A DNA stretch of 64,000 bases, taken from contig NC_043018.1 of NCBI RefSeq assembly GCF_006345805.1, positions 15,934,001 through 15,998,000 on the forward strand, given 5' to 3'. Position 1 is the first letter of the stretch, and every line of letters begins with the position of its first letter. This DNA comes from Octopus sinensis (lineage: Eukaryota). The position numbers and the translations under genes are program-made. The notes beneath the pieces are model-generated. The model searched no databases and was not told where the DNA came from. It was given only the letters and a program-made list of their open reading frames with translations. Of this stretch, positions 1 to 10,886 are shown piece by piece.

Positions 1-644
1 TCCAATAAAAAATAAATTTTAAAACATATCTATTTTAAGAATTTAATGTTCGTTAAATGCACTGATCCCCCAAATAAATATTTTTCGTTCGACCAATTTT
101 CTACTTTATATGACAACAAAAAAATTATAATTTGGCATAGTTAATTGGCGTAAAAAAAAATCAATAAACAATAATCAAAAAACATTAAAATATATCAAAA
201 TTTGATAAACTAATGGAAGTGGATATTAAAAATTTATAGCCGCTAATTTTATTATATGTAAAATGTTATATTTTTACGCGATCTTTCAAATTATAATTTG
301 CATTTGAACCTAACTTCAACCAAGAACTTCCAAATACCTTTTGAATATGTATAAACATTTTATTAAAATGGTTTTTGATTTTGACAATATATTATTTATT
401 TTAGCATCGCTGTTTACTATTATTCTTGTAAATGTTCTATGTCCTTTACTACTCTTCTCGTGATCATCCGGTCTGGACACGACAAGGGCAGCAAAGAACG
501 AAACTAAGAGGTACATCGAACGCATCTCCAGGCTGGACAAATGGAGGACTGATTTACCATTGTAGCGTTAAGAGCATGTTAGACCTGACCTAAGAAGAGA
601 CTCGAGGTGTGGTTAAGCTGACCATCTGAAACTTGCTCTGTCGT

Positions 645-1519
645 GTTACTGGTACTTATTTAATCGACCCCGAAAGGATGAAAGGCAAAGCCGACCTCGG
701 CGGAATTTGAACTCAGAACGTAGTGACAGACGAAATACCTATTTCTTACTACCCACAAGGGGCTAAACATAGAGAGGACAAATAAGGGCAGACAAACGGA
801 TTAAGTTGATTATATCGATCCCAGTGCGTAACTGGTACTTATTTAATCGACTCTGAAATGATGATAGGCAAAGTCGACCTCGGCGGAATTTGAACTCAGA
901 ACGTAATGACAGACGAAATACCTATTTCTTTACTACCCACAAGGGGCTAAACATAGAGAGGATAAACAAGGACAGACAACGGATTAAGTCGATTATATCG
1001 ACCTCAGTACGTAACTCGTACTTATTTTATCGACCTGGAAAGAATAATAGCTAAAGTCGATCCCCGGCGGAATTTGAACTCAGAACGTAAAGACGGACGA
1101 AATACCTATTTCTTTACTACTCACAAGGGGTTAAACACAGAGAGGACAAACAAGGGCAGACAAACGGATTAAGTTGATTATATCGACTCCAGTGCGTAAC
1201 TGGTACTTATTTAATCGACCCTGAAATGATGAAAGGCAAAGTCGACCTCGGCGGAATTTGAACTCAGAACGTAGTGACAGACGAAATACCTATTTCTTTA
1301 CTACCCACAAGGGGCTGAACATAGAGGGGACAAACATGGACAGACATAGGTATTAAGTCGATTATATCGACCCCCCCCCAGTGCTTAACTGGTACTTAAT
1401 TTATCGACCGCGAAAGGATGAAAGGCAAAGTCGACCTCGGCGGAATTTGAACTCCCAACGTAACGGCAGACGAAATACCGCTAAGCATTTCGCCCGGCGT
1501 GCTAACGTTTCTGCCAGCT
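645..1519 (-). mobile_element. SINE family B tandem multimer (4 full ~184-bp units plus a partial unit, one head)
   Basis: GAAATACC recurs at 732, 915, 1099, 1283 and 1472. On the minus strand there is a pol III-like head (TGGCAGAAACGTTAG ... GAGTTCAAATTCC), with the A-box part only in the rightmost unit. The central GTCGACTTTGCCTTTCATCCTTTCGGGGTCGATAAATTAAGTACCAG recalls a Meta/MESC-type SINE domain (from memory, unverified). Confidence 0.85.
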
Positions 1520-1955
1520 ACTACCGTATTGTTGGGGAGAGTTTCTTAGTAGCAAAAGCCCACGAGTGTTGATTCTGAGCCGCTTGCTCATTTTCTAATA
1601 GGAGAAGGTTGACTCTACGCATTTCCCGATCAAGAAGAGTATTGCTGTCTAAATACATGTCACCAGATAAGGTACAGTGTGTTCTAGTTACTCTTTCCCA
1701 GCGCTAAATGAACTCGTATTTCTGTATGGTTAAATGTCCCGGCAGCAATGATTAGGAAAACATAAGACCAAAGTACCTTAGCATTTATAAACTGTGAAAA
1801 ACGCTATCATGAATGATCCGACTCACGCTTCTTTCATTTATTTCAGAGTAAATAAATACCGGAAGTTCCATAAAAAAATTTTCACTTTAGAGGCACTAAA
1901 GAGGGCTTTTTATTTTCACTTTTCAATGAAACTAAAAACAAGTTTTACATTCCAG

Positions 1956-2055
1956 NNNNNNNNNNNNNNNNNNNNNNNNNNNNNNNNNNNNNNNNNNNNN
2001 NNNNNNNNNNNNNNNNNNNNNNNNNNNNNNNNNNNNNNNNNNNNNNNNNNNNNNN
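1956..2055. other. Assembly gap (100 N)
   Basis: Run of exactly 100 N. Adjacency across it is not guaranteed. Confidence 1.
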
Positions 2056-2125
2056 TGGGTACATTCCTGTGAACGCATTGTTGATAGTTGGGCTTGTGAT
2101 CCATAGAAGACAATTCGATCAACGC

Positions 2126-2500
2126 TAATATTCTGATTTTGAAAAATATCTTTACATCTTGTAAAATAGCATTTCCCTCCTAAACATAATTATAGTAAAA
2201 TATAGCTTCAACCCAGACTCACACGAAAGAAACAACTCAACACTAATAACCTTCTGTCTGCCAATACTTTTAAAAATAATGAATAATTCTACTTATAAGA
2301 ACATGAATATCATTAATGCACCAAAATACAACTGTCATTCACAAAACGCGATTCTCTAGGAAAATCAATTATCTGTGCAGCAACTGTCACATCTAATATT
2401 AATCGGTATTATTAACCTTAATTGACAGTAAATCAATTTAATGTTAGGTATTATCAGCATAATTATACCTTTACAGCATTACAAAAACGATTCGATACAA
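2126..2500 (+). mobile_element. Degenerate Penelope-like element fragment (RT-linker/GIY-YIG region)
   Basis: Broken frames give LHLVK*HFPPKHNYSKI, KSIICAATVTSN and LTVNQFNVRYYQHNYTF, resembling the PLE linker and GIY-YIG motifs. 2126-2341 is repeated inverted at 4233-4448. Confidence 0.6.
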
Positions 2501-2587
2501 TTTTCGTGATTTACACGTGTCTTTTTTTTTCAAACCATTTCTATTTTAAAATAAATAAAAACAGATTCATTATTTATTTAGCTTATG

Positions 2588-2920
2588 TACTCTTTACTCT
2601 CTTTTACTCTTTTACTTGTTTCAGTCTTTTGACTGCGGCCATGCTGGAGCACCGCCTTTAATCGAGCAACTCGACCCCAGGACTTATTCTTTTGTAAGCT
2701 CAGTACTTATTCTATCGGTCTATTTTGCCGAACCGCTAAGTAACGGGGACATAAACACACCAGCATCGGTTGTCAAGCAATGCTAGGGGGACAAACACAC
2801 ACACGCATATATATATATATACATATATACGACGGGCTTCTTTCAGTTTCCGTCTACCAAATCCACTCACAAGGCTTTGGTCGGCCCGAGGCTATAGTAG
2901 AAGACACTTACCCAAGGTGC
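2588..2920 (-). mobile_element. SINE family A copy (5'-truncated)
   Basis: Reverse complement of the family A body and its (AAAAGAGT)n tail. Confidence 0.85.
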
Positions 2921-3062
2921 TCTTGAGGAAATCTTCGTTTTAAAACACTGAAAGATCTCAATGAGCTAATTTCTTCATGTATAGATATAACAAAATAGCT
3001 ACTGAGGTACCAATAATTGCATCCTTAAACAGTGACAAAACACATGGCATTAGAGCACTTAT

Positions 3063-3862
3063 ATGCACACACACACAGAGAAACACCCACGCACATACAC
3101 ACACACACACACACAGATAAACACCCACACACATATACACACACACACACAGAGAAACACCCACGCACATACACACACACACACACACACACGCAGAAAC
3201 ACCCACGCACATATACACACACACACACACACAGAGAAACAACCAAACACCACGCACATACACACACACACACACAGAGAAACACCCACGCACATATACA
3301 CACACACACACACAGAGAAACACCCACGCACATATACACACACACACACAGAGAAACACCCACGCACATATACACACACACACACAGAAACACCCACGCA
3401 CATATACACACACACACACACACACACAGAAACACCCACGCACATACACACACACACACAGAGAAACACCCACGCACATATACACACACACACACACAGA
3501 GAAACACCCACGCACATATACACACACACACACAGAGAAACACCCACGCACATATATATACACACACACACAGAGAAACACCCACGCATATACACACACA
3601 CACACACACAGAAACACCCACGCACATATACACACACACACACAGAGAAACACCCACGCACATATATATACACACACACACAGAGAAACACCCACGCATA
3701 TACACACACACACACACACACACCAGAAACACCCACGCACATATACACACACACACACACACAGAGAAACACCCACGCACATATACACACACACACACAC
3801 AGAGAAACACCCACGCACATATACACACACAGAGAGATAAACACCCACACACACATACATAC
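3063..3862. repeat. Compound minisatellite GAGAAACACCCACGCACATATA(CA)n
   Basis: About 20 units of ~32-40 bp, each a fixed core followed by a variable (CA) tract. Source of the long His/Thr and Cys/Val ORFs. Confidence 0.97.
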
Positions 3863-4232
3863 ACTTACAAACCTGTGCGCACACTCATATAAATTTCCAT
3901 CCAGTGGCCATACACTTAATTATAAAACATTTTTTAATTATAAACGATCTCTTAATTTACGAGGGGAGTGCGCAGAATCATTACCACGTATTCTGTTGCA
4001 TCACGAGTTGGCGAAACTTTAGCTTGTAACATGAGTACTCAATATCCAGCTATTCGTAAAAGAGTATCAAGTAAAATTTGTGCGGACAAGGACTTCATAC
4101 ATAGGTTAATTTTACTCATCCATCAGAAATACCAACAAGACAAATAAGAAAGGAAGCGAAGAATGAAGTACTCAGAAACGAGTAACAGTCAGCGAGGATG
4201 AGTAAAATAGATGGTACTCCGAGCAGAAGTAC

Positions 4233-4448
4233 TGAATGGCAGTTGTATTTTGGTGCATTAATGATATTCATGTTCTTATAATTAGAATTATTCATTATTT
4301 TTAAAAGTATTGGCAGACAGAAGGTTATTAGTGTTGAGTTGTTTCTTTCGTGTGAGTCTGGGTTGAAGCTATCTTTTACTATAATTATGTTTAGGAGGGA
4401 AATGCTATTTTACAAGATGTAAAGATATTTTTCAAAATCAGATTATTA
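4233..4448 (-). repeat. Inverted copy of 2126-2341
   Basis: About 215 bp reverse-complement match with only a few mismatches. Confidence 0.93.
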
Positions 4449-5624
4449 GATTGTTTTAAATTTGTATGTGTTTGTGTATGTATGTGTGTATTCACATATA
4501 GATATGCACACACACACACACACACACGACAGGCTTCTTACAGTTTCCGTCTACCAAATCCACTCACAAGGCTTTGGTCGGCTTAAGGCTATAATAGAAG
4601 ACACTTGCTCAAGTCGTCACGCAGTGGGACTGAACCCAGAACCATGTTGCCTAGGAAGCAAGCTTCTTACCTCACAGTCACACCTGCTCCAATCAATATT
4701 TGATACACCTGCTTTCCTCGCGTTAATAAGGAATGCATTTAGAATATTTGCTGAATCAGCCTTCAATAATTACACCACACTGAATGCTTTATAGAATCCT
4801 ACCTGGAATCGAACCTGCACTCTACTTTCCACTCTTTAAGTTTTCTGCTTTGGTTTCATTTTGTAGGAAAACAATTTCACTTTGCTGGGGGTATTTGTCT
4901 CCCCTTCGTAAATATAAAAAGGACACAGGAAAAAAATGTGTCGAAGCCGGCAGGAAGCGTCAATGCTTCCTAGGGCTAAACAGCGGTGGTGTAGTCCCCT
5001 ACTGTCACGTTAAATTGACAGTATACAACCATTCTATCGCCCCACCACCGTACATATCTCTATGAGATATTTAGAAATTTAATATTTCTAATTTCACTTT
5101 TTGACGTGGAAAATAACCGATTTTTTTGGCAAAGTAACTACTTTAGCACTTATTCAGTCCTGGAAACAATAAAGCGCCGCTCAAGTGTCCTATTTTCAAC
5201 AATAGGTTTAATATTTTAACTAAACTTTTGAAAGATGTTGTTCAGTGGAATGAATAGGAAGTGGTTGTCACATCAGTTCAATCACATCTGAGCTTATATA
5301 AACGATAGATATTCATATAAATTACACACACCACACACACACACACAACACACACACACACACGACACCACACGACACCATACGACATTACACATCACAT
5401 TATACATACATATACACGTCCAGACCTTTCATACGCACATACATATTCTCTCATACACATACGCACCCTTATGTTGGGGCGAGGTCATTTGACCCTGTTA
5501 TCTCCCCTACTATCCCTCTTGCGTCTAACGTCTGATCTCTGACTTCTGGCCGAAATCAGACCGCCATGTTGAATCGTTAGCTCCTGCACGCATTTTTTTT
5601 CTCTCCTTGTTTCTTTTCTGTGTA

Positions 5625-5662
5625 TCTTTCTGTTGAAGAGCGTAGGCTCGAAACGTAAAAGA
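5625..5662 (+). ncRNA. Degenerate minimal type I hammerhead-like motif
   Basis: TCTTT-CTGTTGA-A-GAGC gtag GCTC-GAAAC-GT-A-AAAGA. Stems I and II pair, stem III is palindromic (ACGT), and the core has A6>U. Confidence 0.55.
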
Positions 5663-5819
5663 CCTGTTCTATTTCTATTCCTGAGCGCCATACTAATACA
5701 ATTGTTTGTTTGTACTCCACCTGCCTTCGACTTTTGTTTATTTTCGTAAAGCTTCCCGTTATATACAGCAGTACCTCGGTTTTCGAACGACTCTGATCAC
5801 GAATAAATCGCTTTACGTC

Positions 5820-5932
5820 ATGTATTCATACAACACCAGGAGAAAAGACAAAGAGACAAATAAACTAGCAATAAAATTTTTCACTAGTTTATTTGTCTGT
5901 TTGTCTTTTCTCCTGGTGCTGTATGAATACAT
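5820..5932. repeat. Fold-back hairpin, ~49-bp arms
   Basis: ATGTATTCATACAACACCAGGAGAAAAGAC... is matched by its reverse complement across a ~15-nt loop. Confidence 0.92.
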
Positions 5933-6008
5933 TGTGTGGTTTTAGAGTAAAGTTTTGGCTGCTATCTCTAGCATGGTGGTATCTTTTAGATACTCTTAAT
6001 TACAATTT

Positions 6009-6040
<32 letters not shown>

Positions 6041-6120
6041 GATGTCGGTACGTACATATATGTTTGTATGTATGCATATATTTTATTTATTACATTATAT
6101 ATATATTGGAAGGTTTGGAG

Positions 6121-6478
6121 ATGATGTACAGGTATTATATATTAGAAGAAATGAGGTACTCAGAAGATCGGATGGTTTATATTTACAGATCTTTATTTAT
6201 ATATTACATTTTTTATATATATATATATATCATATCACTTAGATCATTAGCGCTTTCTCCCATTCTAGAGGGGTTTTCAAATCAAACTAAGTTGTTTGAT
6301 TTGACTTAGTTTGATTTGAAAACCCCACAAGAATGGCAGAAAGCGCTAATGATCGAAGTGATATGATATATATATATAAAAAAGGCAATATATAAATAAA
6401 TATCTGTAAATATAAACCATCCGATCTTCTGAGTACCTCATTTCTTCTAATATATAATATATAATACCTGTACATCAT
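6121..6478. repeat. Fold-back hairpin, ~170-bp arms
   Basis: ATGATGTACAGGTATT...CAAACTAAG and CTTAGTTTG...ACCTGTACATCAT flank a ~13-nt loop. Confidence 0.92.
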
Positions 6479-6490
6479 ATTGCAGCGTGG

Positions 6491-6744
6491 AAGGTGTTTA
6501 TAAGCCATTTAAGAAACACACAAAATCCATTAGATTCACTTCTACATTTAAATTTGGTTTTTCAAAATATTTTTGTCGCTTTGAGACCGCGACATATTCA
6601 CTGACAAAATTCAGATGCAGCACGAAGTTTTGTCACTGAACAGGTCGCGGTCTCAAAGCGACGAAAATATTTTGACAAATCAAATTTAAATGTTGAAGTG
6701 AATCTAAAGGATTTTGTGTTTCTTAAACGGCTTATAAACACCTT
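6491..6744. repeat. Fold-back hairpin, ~120-bp arms, each with a hammerhead-like motif
   Basis: AAGGTGTTTATAAGCC ... GGCTTATAAACACCTT. The hammerhead-like motif is at 6629-6679, with its mirror in the left arm. Confidence 0.9.
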
Positions 6745-6789
6745 TGATGCTACAACTGTTTATATATATATATATACATATATATACAT

Positions 6790-7470
6790 TGGCACGTAAA
6801 CAGCACCATCCGTTCGTGGCTGTTGCCAGCCTCACCTGGCCTCCGTGCCGGTGGCACGTAGCACCATCCGTTTGTGGCCGCTGCCAGCCTCGCCTGGCCC
6901 CCGTGCCGGTGGCATGTAAAAGCACCATCCGTTCGTGGCCGCTGCCAGCCTCGCCTGGCCCCCGTGCCGGTGGCACGTAAAAAGCACCATCCGTTCGTGG
7001 CCGTTGCCAGCCTCACCTGGCCCCCGTGCCGGTGGCACATAGCACCATCCGTTCGTGGCCGTTGCCAGCCTCGCCTGGCCCCCATGCCGGTGGCACGTAA
7101 AAGCACCATCCGTTCGTGGCCGATGCCAGCGTCGCTTGGCCCCCGTGCCGGTGGCACGTAAAAAGCACCATCCGATCGTGGCTGTTGCCAGCCTCGCCTG
7201 GCCCCCGTGCCGGTGGCACGTAAAAAGCTCCATCCGTCCGTGGCCATTTGCCAGCTCCGTCTGGCACCTGTGCGGGTGGCACGTAAAAAGCACGCACTAC
7301 ACTCACGGAGTGGTTGGCGTTAGGAAGGGCATCCAGCCGTAGAAACACTGCCAGATCAGACTGGGCCTGATGAAGCCTTCCAGCTTCACAGACCCCAGTT
7401 GAACCGTCCAACCCATGCTAGCATGGAAAGCGGACGCTAAATGATGATGTTGATGATGATGATGATGATG
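6790..7470 (+). mobile_element. Retroposon family C with ~8 internal ~60-bp repeats and a (GAT)n tail
   Basis: Units of GGCACGTAAAAAGCACCATCCGTTCGTGGCC..., then GGTTGGCGTTAGGAAGGGCATCCAGC, CCATGCTAGCATGG and (GAT)n. Other copies: ~14430-14752, 16800-17018, 17478-17661, 21850-22060, 30150-30440, 32990-33335(-), 37700-38021, 41958-42212(-), 44063-44330(-), 49410-49730(-), 52600-52805, 53052-53210(-), 54627-54860, 55862-56177, 56615-56870(-). Confidence 0.85.
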
Positions 7471-8410
7471 AATATATATATATATAAATGAAAGAGGCAG
7501 GCAACAGGTTGCTTAGCCACATACCGAAAAATTAGTAATAGCAGTCAAAGACTGTTTATTTCTATTTTCTACAAAGGAGACTCCACATACGACATATCCC
7601 TGTAATTCACATATGCAAAACAGAAAGCAAAGTCTAGATTAGGAATATAAATTCCATATATACATATATATATATATATAGCGACTGGATCGTCATGGTC
7701 AAAATTACACTGTTATTCCTTTTTACAGTAGGTTATTGAAACTCGAGCAATATTCGAAGAAGTGAAAAAGCAACGTGTATATATCTGTTACAAATAATAG
7801 AACAATTATTGCTGTTGTTATTATTCGAAATAATTTATGTGAGATTATAATGATTCTTAGTCACAAAATTGTCCACCAACTGCGTCCTTTGTTTCACGAG
7901 CATCGCCGCGTAATATTCTGGTTCTTACATCTATATACTTTTGAGATGCTACGATTTGTGTACGAAAAGCGAAAGAGAGCAGCCACTATATTGTGCACGG
8001 TATATTGTTTATTTAAGCTGAATTACGTTTCTCGTGGCCTGCGCGTCACACCGACCCGATCGTCAGTCGTCGCCTGAAGATCGCGTTGGCAGGAAACACA
8101 GGTGGAGATAATTAAAATAATTCAATGTTAAATAAACTACACACATACACACACGTGCACGCACGCATGCACACACATACACACATACGCACACACACAT
8201 ATATACACACACACACACATACACACACACACACACACGTGCGTATCTCTTATGATAATTTATATATATATATGTGTGTGTGTGTGAAAATATACATACT
8301 CATATATATATATATGTATATATCTTATATATATATATGTGTGTATATATATTATATATATATATGTGTGTGTTTAACTATATATATATATAATATACTT
8401 AAAAAATATC

Positions 8411-8448
<38 letters not shown>

Positions 8449-8694
8449 CATACACACACACACACACGTGTATATATATATATAATGTATAATGTTCAGT
8501 AAACTAACACATTTGTCCTCCGTCAGCACTAGCAAAATGCTTTCAAGAACAGAATTGTCCAAGGCTCAGAAGGTAGAAATCTCTTCAGAAACTACTGATA
8601 GTGAAGGGGGAGGGGGGGGAACATGCCATGATAGCCTGGGAGAGTAGAGAGTCTTTTCACAGCTTCGGTTACAGCAGCAATGGCAGCGCGGGGG

Positions 8695-9050
8695 TGGTGG
8701 GGAGTACCAGTGGTCGTCATCGTTGTTGTGGTTGTCATGGTGGTTGCAGAAGTACTGGTGGTGGTGGTGGTGGTGGTGGTGTTGGTGTTTGTGGCGGTAA
8801 TGGTTGTGACAGTAGTGATGATGGTGGTGGCATTGGTGTCGGGGGAGGGGGTTACGGTGATGGTGGGAGCAGTAATGGTGTTGGTAGTGGTGGTGGCACT
8901 GCTGCTGATGGTCGTATTAACATGGAGAATGATTCAATGAGTAAAGTGTAGTTGTTGGAGGGGAGGGAGGGATGATTGGGTGGGGGTTTAATGTTGTTGT
9001 TGTTGGTGGTGGTGGTGGCGGTGGTAGTCGTTGTCGTGGTCTTGGTGATG
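8695..9050. repeat. (GGT)n/(GTT)n low-complexity tract
   Basis: Degenerate trinucleotide repeats. Confidence 0.85.
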
Positions 9051-9331
9051 CTAAAAGGTCGTGGTTTTACTACTACAGACGTACAAAACTTTCAGGATGT
9101 CACTATAACGGCTGTCCATTGCATATATAGATTTCACTTTTTCTCTTTCTCTTTTTCTCTCTCTCTCTCTCTCTCTATCTCCTTCTCTCCATCTCTCTCT
9201 CCATCTCTCTCTCCCTCTCTCTCCATCTCTCTCTCTCTTAAAACAACCTTTTCCTGCCAATTTACCAAATTTCGCAACGAAATACTCAGCAGTTGGCCAC
9301 ATACATAAAATCTCCACTAAAACCATTCACT

Positions 9332-9445
9332 TCATTTCTTCTTTGATGAGCCTTGCATAGGCATTTGGTTATACATGTTACAGAGGTCATTGATTTTATT
9401 AATCAACTGAATCTCCTGTTCCCGAATCTGATCAGCAATCTCCTC
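9332..9445 (-). CDS. CABCOCO1: CABCOCO1-like exon 8 (last): EEIADQIREQEIQLINKINDLCNMYNQMPMQGSSKKK*
   Basis: tttgttgcag acceptor, phase 0, TGA at 9332-9334. Coiled-coil-like C-terminus. Confidence 0.82.
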   Translation of the reverse strand, partial: EEIADQIREQEIQLINKINDLCNMYNQMPMQGSSKKK

Positions 9446-9692
9446 CTGCAACAAAGAAAATATGTGCTTACAAATAATAATAATGATAATAATTATTCCA
9501 TTTATGGGGACAATACAAAGGCAGACACAAAGTGTTGGGGTCTACATATAATGAAATGATTTTTAAAAATATTGTTATATTTCGGAATGGTCATTTTGCC
9601 AGTTTAGCCAATAAAATCACACGCGCTATATATTTGGTGTTATTTTGCTTCAGTGTTATTTATTTTTTACATTAATCTAAATTTACATTATA

Positions 9693-9863
9693 GGCGCAGG
9701 AGTGGCTGTGTGGTAAGTAGCTTGCTTACCAACCACATGGTTCCGGGTTCAGTCCCACTGTGTGGCATCTTGGGCAAGTGTCTTCTGCTATAGCCCCGGG
9801 CCGACCAATGCCTTGTGAGTGGATTTGGTAGACGGAAACTGAAAGAAGCCTCTCGTATATATG

Positions 9864-9894
<31 letters not shown>

Positions 9895-10112
9895 TTGTGT
9901 GTCTGTGTTTGTCCTCCTAGCATCGCTTGACAACCGATGCTGGTGTGTTTATGTCCCCGTCACTTAGTGGTTCGGCAAAAGAGACCAATAGAATAAGTAC
10001 TGGGCTTACAAAGAATAAGTCCTGGGGTCGATTTGCTCGACTAAAGGCGGTGCTCCAGCATGGCCGCAGTCAAATGACTGAAACAAGTAAAAGAGTAAAA
10101 GAGAAAAGAGAG
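9693..10112 (+). mobile_element. SINE family A, full length (tRNA-derived head)
   Basis: A box TGGCTGTGTGG, B box GGTTCAGTCCC, CORE-like CTTGGGCAAGT, internal (TA)n/(TG)n and an AAAAGAGT tail. Other copies: ~12878-13325, 15522-15880(-), 23123-23543, 24413-24805, 25277-25668(-), 29219-29610, 36497-36800(-), 38561-38760(-), 38777-39162, 42331-42702, 43574-43941, 46320-46560(-), 48236-48632, 48857-49268(-), 55067-55415, 57982-58161(-), 59563-59818(-), 62831-63215. Confidence 0.9.
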
Positions 10113-10886
10113 AGTAAATCTTAATCTTTTTTCGGCCAGAGTTCTTTCATCACACTCCTGTGACCGCATCAGTGGTCCTTTGTTTTCTTCTTTCTTATTT
10201 GTGTCTCTCCTTACTAACCGTCAGCCATTTTGTATTTCTATTGTATGTCTTCATTTGCGCATGCTTATATCTCTATGTGCGTTTATGTTTATTTAGTGTG
10301 TGTGTAGGCGGGGATGCCTGTAATATTTGTATCTTCTGTTTATATATGTTCATGTAATTTGTTTTTGTTGTTGTTGTTTTTGTTCATTCTTATTTTGTTC
10401 ATGTGTTTACATCCACTTATTATTATCATTACATATGCTTGTATGTATGAATGTATAACAACAATACTAGTAATAATAATAATAAATCAAAAAAATATAT
10501 ATATATATAAATTTTTAAAAATGAAAAAGAGAAAGTAAGTGTACGTGGCATACACTGTAAAAGAAGGGACATATGCGTAATCTACAATGGTAAAAAAAAA
10601 AGTGGTGGGGAGAATGATAGAGATGTGGCCCTCCTGATACAGGAAGGCCTCTAGGGATAATCGAGGAATGCCACGGTCCAAGATCTCCCTGAAACCCCAG
10701 GAGCAAGTGCCCTCTCCGGACTCACAGATCAACACTCAGAGAGGTACCATCCACTCTTTTACTTGTGTCAGTCATTTGACTGCGGCCATGCTGGAGCACC
10801 GCCTTTAGTTGAGCAAATTGACCCCAGGACTTATTCTTTGTAAGCCTAGTACTTATTCTATCAGTCTCAGAGATTTTTTATTTGTG

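Noticed and set aside
645-1519. Family B arrays as hammerhead retrozymes
   Set aside because: Unit size fits, but I found no CUGANGA/GAAA core on either strand of the unit.
1794-2122. ORFs spanning the gap
   Set aside because: Open only because of the N run.
2958-4022. Long His/Thr and Cys/Val ORFs in five frames
   Set aside because: Translation artefacts of the (CA)n minisatellite. The regular core-plus-spacer look is not CRISPR, since the spacers are pure CA.
8520-8951. Possible small exon (MLSRTELSKAQK) and Gly/Val-rich ORFs
   Set aside because: Weak donor, no partner exon found, and the rest is (GGT)n repeat.
9693-9770. tRNA genes at the heads of families A, B and D
   Set aside because: A/B boxes are present, but the heads run into SINE bodies and I could not fold full cloverleaves.
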